Assembly: GCA_017304275.1 (NCBI GenBank)
Contig: JAFKKW010000458.1
Coordinates: 1-32,276, forward strand
From: Hyphomicrobiales bacterium
GTDB lineage: Bacteria > Pseudomonadota > Alphaproteobacteria > Rhizobiales > Hyphomicrobiaceae
DNA: 32,276 nt
Direction: 5' to 3'
Shown: piece by piece, positions 8,556-17,946 of the stretch
Numbering within the stretch: the first letter of the stretch is position 1
Layout of the letters: each line of letters begins with the position of its first letter
The notes under the pieces: generated by a model
Database searches by the model: none
Told to the model about the DNA's origin: nothing
The model's input: only the letters and a program-made list of their open reading frames with translations
Made by a program: the position numbers and the translations under genes

Positions 8556-8796
8556 CCGCGCCTCGGCACGCCGAGCATACGCGTGTTGTATCATCAGCAT
8601 TTCTCATCGTCTGAACGCCCCCACTAGAATTCGCGTTTGAATTCACGGCCGCGCTGCCGCTGGAAACCACTTCGCGCGAATTGGCTTGCGTAAACATACG
8701 AATAAGCTCACGTTTTGCGCGCCCACAAGACAGAACTGCGACACAGCTCAGCATCGCAATTGCGCTGCGACGGGCCTCGCGTTGGACCTACAGCGC

Positions 8797-9345
8797 ATGC
8801 AATTTTCAAAGCTCCGCCTGCCACTCGAACTGCCCGGACCGTTCTGGTTCGAGGATCTGATGTTCTTCGTCATCGACGAAGGCCGCCGCCTGCCGTCGCG
8901 CCTGAGGCTCGCGGCAGAGCGCGTGCGCCATCTGACGGAAAAAGCCATCGAGACCGCAGCGGGCTTCGATCCGGCCGCCCTGCTTCGGGGGCAGCGCGCG
9001 GCGACACCCGCTCCCGCGGTCCCGTTGATCCGCGACGTCCCGCCGATGGACGAAGCAGAAAGCTGGGCGTTGGCCACCGAGCCCCTCGTCGCCGCCCATA
9101 CGGGGCTCGATGCCGCCCTCGCCTGCCAAGCCGCAGCCGCCGAGCAGCTCGATTCGCTGACCTACGTCCTCGCGTGCATGCGTGACGACCTCCGTCCGAT
9201 CATGACCACCACGCGCTTCAAGGACGATAACGTCGAGACGTTCCCGGATCCAAAGATACTCGACACCTCCATCGAGGCCCTGCTCGAGCTGTCGCGGAAG
9301 AACGCAGCGACGCGTCCCAAAGACCGCGTGCAAACCGCCGCCTGA
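8797..9345 (+). CDS. Hypothetical protein
   Basis: Host-like codon usage and helical C-terminal half. Start uncertain (8797 or 8860). Confidence 0.55.
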   Translation: MQFSKLRLPLELPGPFWFEDLMFFVIDEGRRLPSRLRLAAERVRHLTEKAIETAAGFDPAALLRGQRAATPAPAVPLIRDVPPMDEAESWALATEPLVAAHTGLDAALACQAAAAEQLDSLTYVLACMRDDLRPIMTTTRFKDDNVETFPDPKILDTSIEALLELSRKNAATRPKDRVQTAA

Positions 9346-9383
9346 CGCTTTCCTTCGTCATTCCACCTCATGTGGCCGCGCGC

Positions 9384-10673
9384 TCAGCGCGCCGTGACGC
9401 GCCCGTCCGGCGCGGCAGCAGCCTGCGCGGGATCGATGACGTTGCCCCCGAACGTCTGCAGCTCGAGCACCGCCAGTGCCCGGTCGGGAAGGCCGTCCGG
9501 CCGGAACCGCAGGCTTCCGTCGACGCCCGTGAATCCACCCGGCCGCGTCAGCGCCGCCGTCGTGAAGCGCTGGCCCGGCTCGGCCGACGAAAGCGTGATC
9601 GCCACGCTGACCGCATCGTAGGCGAGGCTCGCAATCCTGGGCGGCGGCTGCCCGAACGAGCGCGTGAACCGCTGCGCGAAATCCGCCCAGCCGTGCGGAT
9701 CGGGACCGGGATACCAGCCGCGCACGAATGCCGCGCTGCGGCCCGCATTTGGAAAATCCCATCCGCTGGTGCCGAGAAGCTGGATGCGGTCGCCGCCGAT
9801 CCCCGCATACGTCAGGATCGGATCGATTTGCGGCAGCATGTCCGCCCCGGCAGCAATGAGCAGCGTATCGATCGGCGCCGCGGAGTCCGCGCTTTGCTTC
9901 ACCTCGTCTGCCAGCGCCCGCACCGTGCCAAGCATGGCGTTGGCCTCGAGCGGGTAGCGCGTCACGGCCGCCACCGTGCCGCCGTTGCGCTCGACGGTCT
10001 GCCGGAACGCCGGCTCGACCACCTGGCCATAGGCGTCGTTGGGGATCAGCGCCGCGAACCTGCGCTTTCCGCGCCCCGCCGCATACGCGACGATGCGCTC
10101 GATCTCGGTCTCGGGCAGCACGCTCATGAGATAGACGCCGCTGCCGGCAACGCGCCGGTCGTTTGAAAACGCGAGCACCGGCACGTTGGACTGCCGTGCA
10201 ACCGGCGCCACCGCGCTCGCCGCGGCACCCGTCATGGGTCCGATGAGAATTTCGGCGCCTTCGCTGATCGCCTCCTGCGCCGCCTGCGCGGCCCCTTGCG
10301 GAGACCCCTTGTCGTCCTTGACGATGAGCTGCACGAGCGGGTTGTCGAGCTCGAACAAGGCAAGCTCGCCAGCCTGTTTCAGGCCCTTGGCGGCCACCGT
10401 CTGCGGGCCGTAGCCGGACAGCGAAAGCACCATGCCGATGCGGACGGGCTTCTGCGGCTTGCCGTCGGGAAGCGCCGGCGTCTGCTCGCCGAGCGCATTC
10501 GTGACGCTACCACCCATGTTGGTCGCGCAGCCCGCGAGCATCAGGGCGGCCGCAACCGTCGCGCTGGCGCGACCGATGACACGCGCCCACCGACGGGCGC
10601 GTCCGATCCCCCACTGGAAACCGGTCTCTGCCATAATTACGGCCCCTTGCAGCCGGCGCGATTGGCTCATCAC
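9384..10673 (-). CDS. Penicillin-binding protein activator LpoA-like lipoprotein (periplasmic binding protein type 1 fold)
   Basis: Lipobox LAGC, LIVKDDKG, ILIGP, VLAFSND, LAYDAV and GFTGVDG. Divergent from rsmI-yraN, a conserved arrangement. True start may be downstream of 10673. Confidence 0.85.
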   Translation of the reverse strand: MMSQSRRLQGAVIMAETGFQWGIGRARRWARVIGRASATVAAALMLAGCATNMGGSVTNALGEQTPALPDGKPQKPVRIGMVLSLSGYGPQTVAAKGLKQAGELALFELDNPLVQLIVKDDKGSPQGAAQAAQEAISEGAEILIGPMTGAAASAVAPVARQSNVPVLAFSNDRRVAGSGVYLMSVLPETEIERIVAYAAGRGKRRFAALIPNDAYGQVVEPAFRQTVERNGGTVAAVTRYPLEANAMLGTVRALADEVKQSADSAAPIDTLLIAAGADMLPQIDPILTYAGIGGDRIQLLGTSGWDFPNAGRSAAFVRGWYPGPDPHGWADFAQRFTRSFGQPPPRIASLAYDAVSVAITLSSAEPGQRFTTAALTRPGGFTGVDGSLRFRPDGLPDRALAVLELQTFGGNVIDPAQAAAAPDGRVTAR

Positions 10674-10871
10674 GCAGGTATGGTGCGCATCTTGAACAGG
10701 TTTGCCCCTTGACCGTGCGGCGTCCCCGGGCCGCGCGTGGCATGCACGAGTTTCGTTACAGGCTCAGACCCCGTGGGTGAAGCGAAATATTGCGCCGGTT
10801 CAAATATGTCCTGGATTTTCGGAACTGAAGGCGTGAAACAGAAGCGAGCCTGTTCCACACAAGGCACACGA

Positions 10872-11801
10872 ATGACGGCTGACGAGCCTTCCGGAACCGC
10901 ACAGGACGACGTCCCTCAAACGGCGAGACGAGTGGCCTTCGAGATCGAGCGCCAGCTTGGACTGCCGCTTGCGCCGGGCCTCTATCTCGTCGCGACGCCG
11001 ATCGGCCACCTTGCCGACATCACGCTGCGCGCCATCGCTGTCCTCGCGCGCGCCGACGTCATCTACTGCGAGGACACGCGGCACAGCCGCACGTTGCTCT
11101 CCCACTACACCATCCGCGCGCCGCTGCGTCCCTATCACGAGCACAACGCCGAGGAGCAGCGCCCGCGCGTGCTGAGGGACCTGGCCGACGGGCGCGCCGT
11201 GGCGCTGATCAGCGACGCCGGCACGCCGCTCATCTCCGACCCGGGCTTCAAGCTCGTGCGCGAGGCCACCGCTGCCGGCCACGACGTCACGGCCGTGCCT
11301 GGCCCGTCGGCGGCGCTCGCCGCGCTCACCGTCGCCGGCCTGCCGACGGACGCCTTCTTCTTCGCGGGATTTCTGCCAGCCAAGGAAGGCGCACGGAAAT
11401 CCCGCTTGGCAGAGCTCGCGGCCGTTCCCGCCACGCTCGTCTTTTTCGAGGCCCCGACTCGCGCCGCCGAGACGCTGGCGGATCTCGCGAGCGAGCTCGG
11501 CAACCGGGAAGCCGCCCTCGCACGCGAGCTGACCAAGCTCCACGAGGACGTGCACCGAGCCCGCCTTGCCGACCTTGCGCGCGCATTTGCGGATACGCCC
11601 CCGAAAGGCGAGGTCGTGATCGTCGTCGGTCCGCCCGAAGCGGGCGAGGTGAGCGACACCGCGATCGAGGAGAGCCTGATACCCATCCTGGAGACGGTGA
11701 GCCTCCGTGACGCCTCTCGCATCGTCGCCGACACGCTGAAGGTGCCGAAAGCCCGCGTGTACGACGTGGCGCTCGGACTGAAACGCCGCGAGCGGAGCTG
11801 A
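10872..11801 (+). CDS. rsmI: 16S rRNA (cytidine1402-2'-O)-methyltransferase
   Basis: LYLVATPIGHLADIT, CEDTR, SDAGTPLISDPG, VPGPSA, FFEAP, RELTKLHE. Confidence 0.95.
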   Translation: MTADEPSGTAQDDVPQTARRVAFEIERQLGLPLAPGLYLVATPIGHLADITLRAIAVLARADVIYCEDTRHSRTLLSHYTIRAPLRPYHEHNAEEQRPRVLRDLADGRAVALISDAGTPLISDPGFKLVREATAAGHDVTAVPGPSAALAALTVAGLPTDAFFFAGFLPAKEGARKSRLAELAAVPATLVFFEAPTRAAETLADLASELGNREAALARELTKLHEDVHRARLADLARAFADTPPKGEVVIVVGPPEAGEVSDTAIEESLIPILETVSLRDASRIVADTLKVPKARVYDVALGLKRRERS

Positions 11802-11806
11802 CCATC

Positions 11807-12196
11807 GTGCGCCCTCGCCGCACACCCGCACCGGATGACAGATGGCGGGGTGAGCGGCGCGCCCGCGAGCGCCGGGGCCGCCAAGCCGAATGGCTGGCCG
11901 CGTTGAGCCTGCGGCTGCGCGGCTTCCGCATTCTCGCGACCCGGGAAAAGACACCGCTTGGCGAGATCGACCTCATCGCCGTGCGCGGGCGCCGGGTGGC
12001 CTTCATCGAGGTCAAGCGTCGGGCCACGCGCGAGGCGGCGGAAGCGGCCGTCACGACCGCCCAACGCACCCGCGTTCGCAGGGCGGCCGACCTCTGGCTC
12101 GCGCGCAATGAGCGTTACCAGGCCTACGAGCTCGGCTTCGACCTCGTTTTCCTGATCGGCCGCCGCTGGCCCCGGTACGTGGCCAATGGGCTCTGA
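11807..12196 (+). CDS. yraN: YraN family PD-(D/E)XK nuclease (UPF0102)
   Basis: GRQAE, GEIDLIA, FIEVKRR and FDLV motifs; directly downstream of rsmI. Confidence 0.9.
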   Translation: MRPRRTPAPDDRWRGERRARERRGRQAEWLAALSLRLRGFRILATREKTPLGEIDLIAVRGRRVAFIEVKRRATREAAEAAVTTAQRTRVRRAADLWLARNERYQAYELGFDLVFLIGRRWPRYVANGL

Positions 12197-12321
12197 CGGT
12201 CCACAGGCACACGAATATGTGTCCTTGCCAGGTCTTCCCGGTCCCACCCGTGATCAATTATACGCTACAGTGTTACATGGGGACCAAGCTAACCCAAACG
12301 AGGCACGTGGAGGTAAACGCT

Positions 12322-12864
12322 ATGAGAAGATGGACTGCCGCGCTGATGGTGACCGCCGGAGCTTTGTATGTTGGAGCCGGGATGGCCTCAGCCGCGAGCC
12401 TCGTCTCCGCCAAGAAGCTCGAGATCAACGTCGACGAGACTAAGACCGAGGAGGAGCGCCGGGCGCTCTGGGAGAAAGTCGGCGGCTGGTGCGCGATCCA
12501 GGATTGGCACCCCGCCGTGGAGAAGTGCGAGGAGAGCAAGGAAGGCGACGATACCTACCGGACGTTGACCCTCAAAGGCGGCGGCACGATCAAGGAGAAG
12601 CTCGTCGACACCGGCACCACGAGCTACCGCTACGAGATCATCGAGAGCCCGCTGCCCGTCAAGAACTATGAGGCCCAGTTCTCGGTCACGCCGGACGACG
12701 ACGACCTCGACGAGATCAACGTCGTCTGGAGCGCCACCTACGATCCTGCCGACGGCAAGGACGACAAGGAGGCGCGCAAGACCATTGACGGCATCTTCAA
12801 GGACGGCATCGACAGCATCAAGGCCAAGTACGGCAACGCCGACGATGACGACGACAAGAAATAG
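12322..12864 (+). CDS. Exported SRPBCC (polyketide cyclase 2 / MxaD-like) protein
   Basis: GGAGG RBS, signal peptide, W..VGGW..IQDWHPAV, RTLTLKGGGTIKEKL, YEIIESPLPVKNY. Confidence 0.82.
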   Translation: MRRWTAALMVTAGALYVGAGMASAASLVSAKKLEINVDETKTEEERRALWEKVGGWCAIQDWHPAVEKCEESKEGDDTYRTLTLKGGGTIKEKLVDTGTTSYRYEIIESPLPVKNYEAQFSVTPDDDDLDEINVVWSATYDPADGKDDKEARKTIDGIFKDGIDSIKAKYGNADDDDDKK

Positions 12865-12896
12865 TCCCACCGTCTGACGACGCACTCAAAAACAAT

Positions 12897-12930
12897 AGGC
12901 GCGATCCGGAGAGGATCGCGCCTTATTTGT
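12897..12930. terminator. Likely bidirectional terminator between convergent genes
   Basis: 11-bp stem AGGCGCGATCC/GGATCGCGCCT, with an A-rich left flank and a T-rich right flank. Confidence 0.75.
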
Positions 12931-12943
12931 GTGATCGGATACC

Positions 12944-13279
12944 TCAATCGGCGGACGCGGTCTTCGCCTTCGCCTTTGCGATCTTGGTGGCGCGGCGGCG
13001 GTCGACTTCCGCTTTCGAAACTTCACCGGCCGAGATCAAGGCATTGATGCAACCGCTGGAAAGCTGCGAGCCGTGAGCCCGCATGCACTGGCGGACAGCC
13101 GTGGTGCCAACGGGGTGCTGGCTGCAGTAGGAATAGTAGTCCGACGCGCAGGCGAGCTTGACGCCGAGGCTGACGGCACCGGCTTGCGTCGTAAGCGCGA
13201 CGGTGGCCGCAGCGACGACGAGGGCAGCGCGCACGGATGGAGACGTGGAGACGGCAGAGATCAGGGTCGACGGGGTCAT
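12944..13279 (-). CDS. Small exported cysteine-rich protein
   Basis: Signal peptide, C-x-x-D-x4-C...C...LS-x-x-C pattern, basic tail, GGAG RBS before ATG 13279. Confidence 0.75.
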   Translation of the reverse strand: MTPSTLISAVSTSPSVRAALVVAAATVALTTQAGAVSLGVKLACASDYYSYCSQHPVGTTAVRQCMRAHGSQLSSGCINALISAGEVSKAEVDRRRATKIAKAKAKTASAD

Positions 13280-13420
13280 GGCAAACTCCATAGGCCTTGT
13301 ATGACGAAGACCCTAAAGGCTCTTGCGCAAACCCGCTGTCCCGCGCGTTACTGGGCCCGGCAAAAATACGCCGCCGGCAAGCAAGCCCGGGGGCAGGAAA
13401 CGACAGGAGAGGAAACGCAC

Positions 13421-14080
13421 ATGAGCAGGTTGTATGGACCGCAGCACCGCGAGCTGCAGGACCGCTTCGAAAGCCGTCCGATGGCCGACCGCATCGAGCT
13501 GATTGCGGCCAAAACCGAGATCGACGACATGGCGCGCGCCTTCATTGAAAGCCGCGACATGTTCTTTCTCTCCTCCGTCGACCACCAGGGCCGCCCCACC
13601 GTGTCGTACAAGGGCGGCGATCCGGGGTTCGTGCGCGTGCTCGACGCCAAGACGCTCGCGTTCCCGAGCTACGACGGCAACGGCATGTACTTCTCGATGG
13701 GCAACATCGCCGCCCATCCGGAGATCGGCTGCCTGTTCATCGACTTCGAGAAACCCTTTCGGCTGCGGCTCCAGGGACGCGCCGAGCTTGTGCACGAGGG
13801 CCCGGTCGTGAACCTGTTCAAGGAGGCGGAGCTGGCCGTCAAAGTGACCGTGTCGGACCTCTGGATGAACTGCCCGCGCTATGTCCACCGCTACCGGAAG
13901 GAAGCCGCGTCGCGCTACGTCCCCCGCGCGGAAGCGGAAACGCCCCTCTGCGAGTGGAAGCGCATCGACGGGCTGCAGGACATCCTGCGTCCCGGCGAGC
14001 TTCAGGCCGTCGAGAAGGCCGGCAACATCACCCAGGACGAGTGGATGGGCCACGTCTTCGCCGGCGACGACAAGGCCTGA
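13421..14080 (+). CDS. Pyridoxamine 5'-phosphate oxidase family (FMN-binding split barrel) protein
   Basis: FFLSSVD..GRPTVSYKGGDPGFV, YDGNGM..SMGNI, LFIDFE and NCPRY; GGAGAGG RBS. Confidence 0.88.
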   Translation: MSRLYGPQHRELQDRFESRPMADRIELIAAKTEIDDMARAFIESRDMFFLSSVDHQGRPTVSYKGGDPGFVRVLDAKTLAFPSYDGNGMYFSMGNIAAHPEIGCLFIDFEKPFRLRLQGRAELVHEGPVVNLFKEAELAVKVTVSDLWMNCPRYVHRYRKEAASRYVPRAEAETPLCEWKRIDGLQDILRPGELQAVEKAGNITQDEWMGHVFAGDDKA

Positions 14081-14224
14081 AGACGAGCCCACCGCCGGCC
14101 TGGTGGGGGCAGGCCGGCCGCCAAGCCTCGCGCTTGGTCATTCGCTATCAATATTAACGCCAACGCCCTGCGCCGAAACCGGGGGAACCCCCTATGATCC
14201 CGGATCGTACACAGGGAGTTTACC

Positions 14225-14602
14225 ATGCAGATCACCGCCCGCTTCGGCCTATGCGGTCTCCTGGCCACAGTGAGCCTCATCGCAAGCGCAGCAACCGCGG
14301 TATCCGGCCCGCTTCCGGCGCGGGCCTTCGTGTCGGACGACGCCGGAACGATCTCGATCGAGGTTGGCCGGCGCTGGTATCGCGAGCTTGAAGAGTCGCG
14401 CTACCCGCCGAACTTCTACGTGCCGCCGCCGCGCGGCTGGTGGCGCGCACGCGGACCGCGCGGCGTCTATCTCTACGAGCCGCGCGTCTACGGCTGGAGC
14501 TACCCGCCTCCGCCGCCGGTCAGTTGCGGCCAGTACCGCTACTGGAACGGCGACTATTGCGCCGACGCGCGCCGCGAGCCGCCCTACGTCGGGCCACGCT
14601 GA
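14225..14602 (+). CDS. Small exported Pro/Tyr/Trp/Arg-rich hypothetical protein
   Basis: GGGAG RBS, signal peptide, C-terminal CGQYRYWNGDYCADAR motif. Confidence 0.65.
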   Translation: MQITARFGLCGLLATVSLIASAATAVSGPLPARAFVSDDAGTISIEVGRRWYRELEESRYPPNFYVPPPRGWWRARGPRGVYLYEPRVYGWSYPPPPPVSCGQYRYWNGDYCADARREPPYVGPR

Positions 14603-14807
14603 TCACGCGCGGACCGAAACGATCAGCCTGCCAACGACGTGCAATAAGGCAACGCCGACGCCGCATTGTTTACTTCACACGTAGACAAATAGGTCTCCTC
14701 GTGTATCTTGCGGACGTCAGCGTGATTATTAGCCAGCATGAACGGGATCGGCGCCCCGGCCAGCCAACCTCCGTCTGACGTCAGGGGATTGGACTGGGGG
14801 CTGGACG

Positions 14808-17321
14808 ATGACCACGGGAAACGTGCGCGCATTTGCGCGCTTTGCGGCGTGTGCGGTATCGCTGTCTACGACCGGCGCGCTGGCGCAGCAAGCCGCCGAG
14901 CCTGCCCAGGAGCTGCCGCCGCTGGAAGTCACGGCGAAGAAGGCTGCGAAAAAGGCGCCCGCCAAGAAAGCCCAGGCCAAAGCTGCGCCGAAAGCTTCAC
15001 CCCAGCCCGTCGCCGCGCCGCAAGCCGAGCACCGCCCCGCGGGCGTAACCAACGGCCTGCCGGCAGTCCAGGACTACGTCGCAACCGATGCGACCACCGG
15101 CACTAAGACCGACACCCCATTGAAGGAAACGCCGCAGTCGATCTCCGTCGTCGGCAAGGAGCAGATACGCGACCAGGGCGTGCAGAACCTGCAGGAAGCG
15201 TTTCGCTATACGCCGGGCGTGATTGCCGATCCGTTCGGCTACGACAGCCGCTACGACAGCTCCATGATCCGCGGAACCAATGCCGCCTTCTTCATTGACG
15301 GCCTCAGGACCACCTACGGCTTCGGCTACACGAGCAGCATGATCGAGCCCTACAGCCTGGAACGCGCCGAGGTATTACGCGGCCCTGCGTCCATGCTCTA
15401 TGGCCAGGCACCCGTCGGCGGCATCATCAATGCCGTTTCCAAATTGCCGAGCGAGCTCCCCTACACCGAAATCGGTGTCGATTACGGTTCGTTCGACTTC
15501 AAGCAGGTGAGGTTCGATAGCACCGGAAAACTCACCGAAGACGGAAAATGGCTCTATCGCATCGTCGGGCTCGGCCGCGAGGCCGAGACCCAAGTCGATT
15601 TCGTCGACAACGACCGCCTGATGCTGGCGCCGTCGATCACTTATCGGCCGACGAACGACACCAGCATCACCTTCCTCGGCAATCTTCGCAAAGACCAAAG
15701 CGGATCGACGCAGCAGTTCCTGCCGCAGGAGGGAACGCTCTATCCGAACGAAGCCAACAACAAGAGAGTGCGGAGAAGCACTTTCGTCGGTGAGCCGACT
15801 GACCACTACGACACCGACGCACAGTCTGCGTCGATCATCGTCGATCACAAGTTCAGCGACGCGCTGTCGATCCATCATGCATCGCGCTACGCGCACACGG
15901 AAACCAACTACGATTCGACGTACGGCGCCGTCATTACACCCGCCCGCTTCGGCTTCATCAACGCTCTCCTCGCCAGCATTCCGCTGCCTTTCACACTTGA
16001 CCCCTCGACCTCGCCCTTCCTCAACGGGAGCCACACCGAAATCGCACGGGCCCGCACCGCCAGTTTATACGACACGGACGTCTTCAATACGGACACCAGC
16101 CTGACGGGTCAGTTCACCACCGGGCCGATCGCGCACAAGCTCACGGGCGGCGTCGACTACATGCGCTACGATCACGAGCGACGCACGTCCGGCACCCTGA
16201 TCGACAATCTTCTGACCACCAGCAGCATCGGCTTCCCACTGCAGCCGGTGTTCGACATCTTCAATCCCACGTACGGACAGTCCGGTTCGCTTATCTCGAC
16301 AACCGGCGGATTCGTATCGGCGGACGATATTCCGATTTTGTCGTTGCCCGGCGACGTGCAGACGCAGACCGGCCTTTATATCCAGGACCAGCTCAATATG
16401 GGTCCATGGAGGGCCGTGCTGGGGCTGCGGCAGGACTGGGTGTCCATCGATCAAGGACCGGGGCTGACCAGCGCCGGACTTCACGAGGACGACACAGCCA
16501 CCACGGGCCGTGCGGCCTTGATGTACGACTTCAGTTTCGGACTGACGCCGTATGTCAGCTACTCGACGTCGTTCTCCCCGCAGCCTGGAACGCCGGTCGG
16601 CGACCACATCTTCACGGACTTCAGGGATACGCATCCTGCGGGACCGCTCGAAGGCGAGCAGTTGGAGATCGGCTTCAAGTATCAGCCGCGCGGGGCGCCG
16701 TTTGCGATCAACGCCGCGCTCTACGAGCTGACCGACAAGAACCAGACCGTGCAGCCGGACTTCCTCTTCCAGGCGGTCCAGGGCGCGGACGTGAACGTGC
16801 GCGGCTTCGAGATCGAGGCGATCGGCAAGGTGACGCCGGAGCTCAAGATCCTGGCCAGCTACACCTACACCGATGCGACGTACGACAAGTATCCTGAGCT
16901 TTTCCCGTACCCGACGGGCATCAGCGACTTCATGGAAGGTAAGCGGATCGACGGCGTTCCGGAGCACATGGCGTCCCTTTGGGCCATCTACAGCGTAAAC
17001 GACGGCCTGTTCAAAGGCTTGTCCTTCGGTGGCGGCGTTCGCTACGTGGGATCGACCGAAAGCCATGGCCTCGAAATCAACCTCGTTGATCTCGGCGGTG
17101 GAAACCTGTTCCCCGTCTTAGGTCCGGAGCTCGCGGTAAAAACGCCGTCATACACGCTCTTCGATGCGATGATCGCCTACGAAACTGAGGATTGGCGCTG
17201 GCAGCTCACCGCCCAGAACCTCGAGGACAAGTACTTCGTGACGTCCTGCACCGTATATCGAGGCGATTGCGGCATCGGCCAGGCGCGCACCATCCTTACC
17301 GGCTTCACGTATAAGTTTTGA
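14808..17321 (+). CDS. TonB-dependent siderophore receptor (FhuA/FoxA-like)
   Basis: Signal peptide, TonB box ELPPLEVTA, plug motifs TKTDTPLKETPQSISVV and EVLRGPASMLYG, NLEDKYF, C-terminal Phe. Confidence 0.95.
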   Translation: MTTGNVRAFARFAACAVSLSTTGALAQQAAEPAQELPPLEVTAKKAAKKAPAKKAQAKAAPKASPQPVAAPQAEHRPAGVTNGLPAVQDYVATDATTGTKTDTPLKETPQSISVVGKEQIRDQGVQNLQEAFRYTPGVIADPFGYDSRYDSSMIRGTNAAFFIDGLRTTYGFGYTSSMIEPYSLERAEVLRGPASMLYGQAPVGGIINAVSKLPSELPYTEIGVDYGSFDFKQVRFDSTGKLTEDGKWLYRIVGLGREAETQVDFVDNDRLMLAPSITYRPTNDTSITFLGNLRKDQSGSTQQFLPQEGTLYPNEANNKRVRRSTFVGEPTDHYDTDAQSASIIVDHKFSDALSIHHASRYAHTETNYDSTYGAVITPARFGFINALLASIPLPFTLDPSTSPFLNGSHTEIARARTASLYDTDVFNTDTSLTGQFTTGPIAHKLTGGVDYMRYDHERRTSGTLIDNLLTTSSIGFPLQPVFDIFNPTYGQSGSLISTTGGFVSADDIPILSLPGDVQTQTGLYIQDQLNMGPWRAVLGLRQDWVSIDQGPGLTSAGLHEDDTATTGRAALMYDFSFGLTPYVSYSTSFSPQPGTPVGDHIFTDFRDTHPAGPLEGEQLEIGFKYQPRGAPFAINAALYELTDKNQTVQPDFLFQAVQGADVNVRGFEIEAIGKVTPELKILASYTYTDATYDKYPELFPYPTGISDFMEGKRIDGVPEHMASLWAIYSVNDGLFKGLSFGGGVRYVGSTESHGLEINLVDLGGGNLFPVLGPELAVKTPSYTLFDAMIAYETEDWRWQLTAQNLEDKYFVTSCTVYRGDCGIGQARTILTGFTYKF

Positions 17322-17358
17322 TAGGAACCGAACGATCACACGAGAGGTCCCTGGCCCT

Positions 17359-17946
17359 TTGAACGTTGACGCTCTCGACCTGTCCCATCTGCTGGCGCTC
17401 GCCGGCGGCCTTCTCATGGTCGCTGGCGTCGTCATGCTGCGCGAGCGCTGGCTCGCGCGGGGAACCGACGGCCTTGCCTTCCTGATCGGCGGCTGGTTGG
17501 CCGTCCTCGCCGCCGTCTACCTGTTCGCCGAGACCTGGGGTGCCGAGATGGGAACCACCTATGCCCTCGGCGCAATCTCGCTCGCCGCCTATACCGTTGT
17601 GGCCGCCACCTTCGAGCGCCGCGAGAGCAAGCGGCGCGAGCCGCGCGAGGCGGCCGTCGATCCCGAGGAGCGCCCGACCAACTGGAAGCGCGGCACGGGC
17701 AAAGCCCTGCTGGCGATCGTGCTCGCCGGTGTCGCCTCCATCGGCATCGGCGTCGCGATTGCCGTCCAGGCGCCGTGGCCGCCGCAGGACCGCGCCGTCA
17801 TCGGCGGCCTTCTGGTGCCCATCCTCTGGGGCGGCGGCATGGCCTGGACCCTGTGCGACCCGCGCCTCGTCCGCGCGACCCTCATCCTGCTCGCCGTCTC
17901 GGCGCTCGGCTACGGCATCGCCTTTCTTCCCAAGGCGCTTTCCTGA
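17359..17946 (+). CDS. Multi-pass membrane protein of the iron-uptake operon
   Basis: About 6 hydrophobic helices. Its stop overlaps the next start (TGATG at 17944-17948). Confidence 0.75.
   Translation: MNVDALDLSHLLALAGGLLMVAGVVMLRERWLARGTDGLAFLIGGWLAVLAAVYLFAETWGAEMGTTYALGAISLAAYTVVAATFERRESKRREPREAAVDPEERPTNWKRGTGKALLAIVLAGVASIGIGVAIAVQAPWPPQDRAVIGGLLVPILWGGGMAWTLCDPRLVRATLILLAVSALGYGIAFLPKALS

Noticed and set aside
14603-14807. Fur/Irr/RirA box upstream of the TonB receptor
   Set aside because: AT-rich patches are present, but I could not match a convincing consensus by eye.
14930-15010. Histone-like AKKAAKKAPAKKA stretch in the TBDR
   Set aside because: Low-complexity linker after the TonB box, common in Hyphomicrobiales receptors; not a separate feature.
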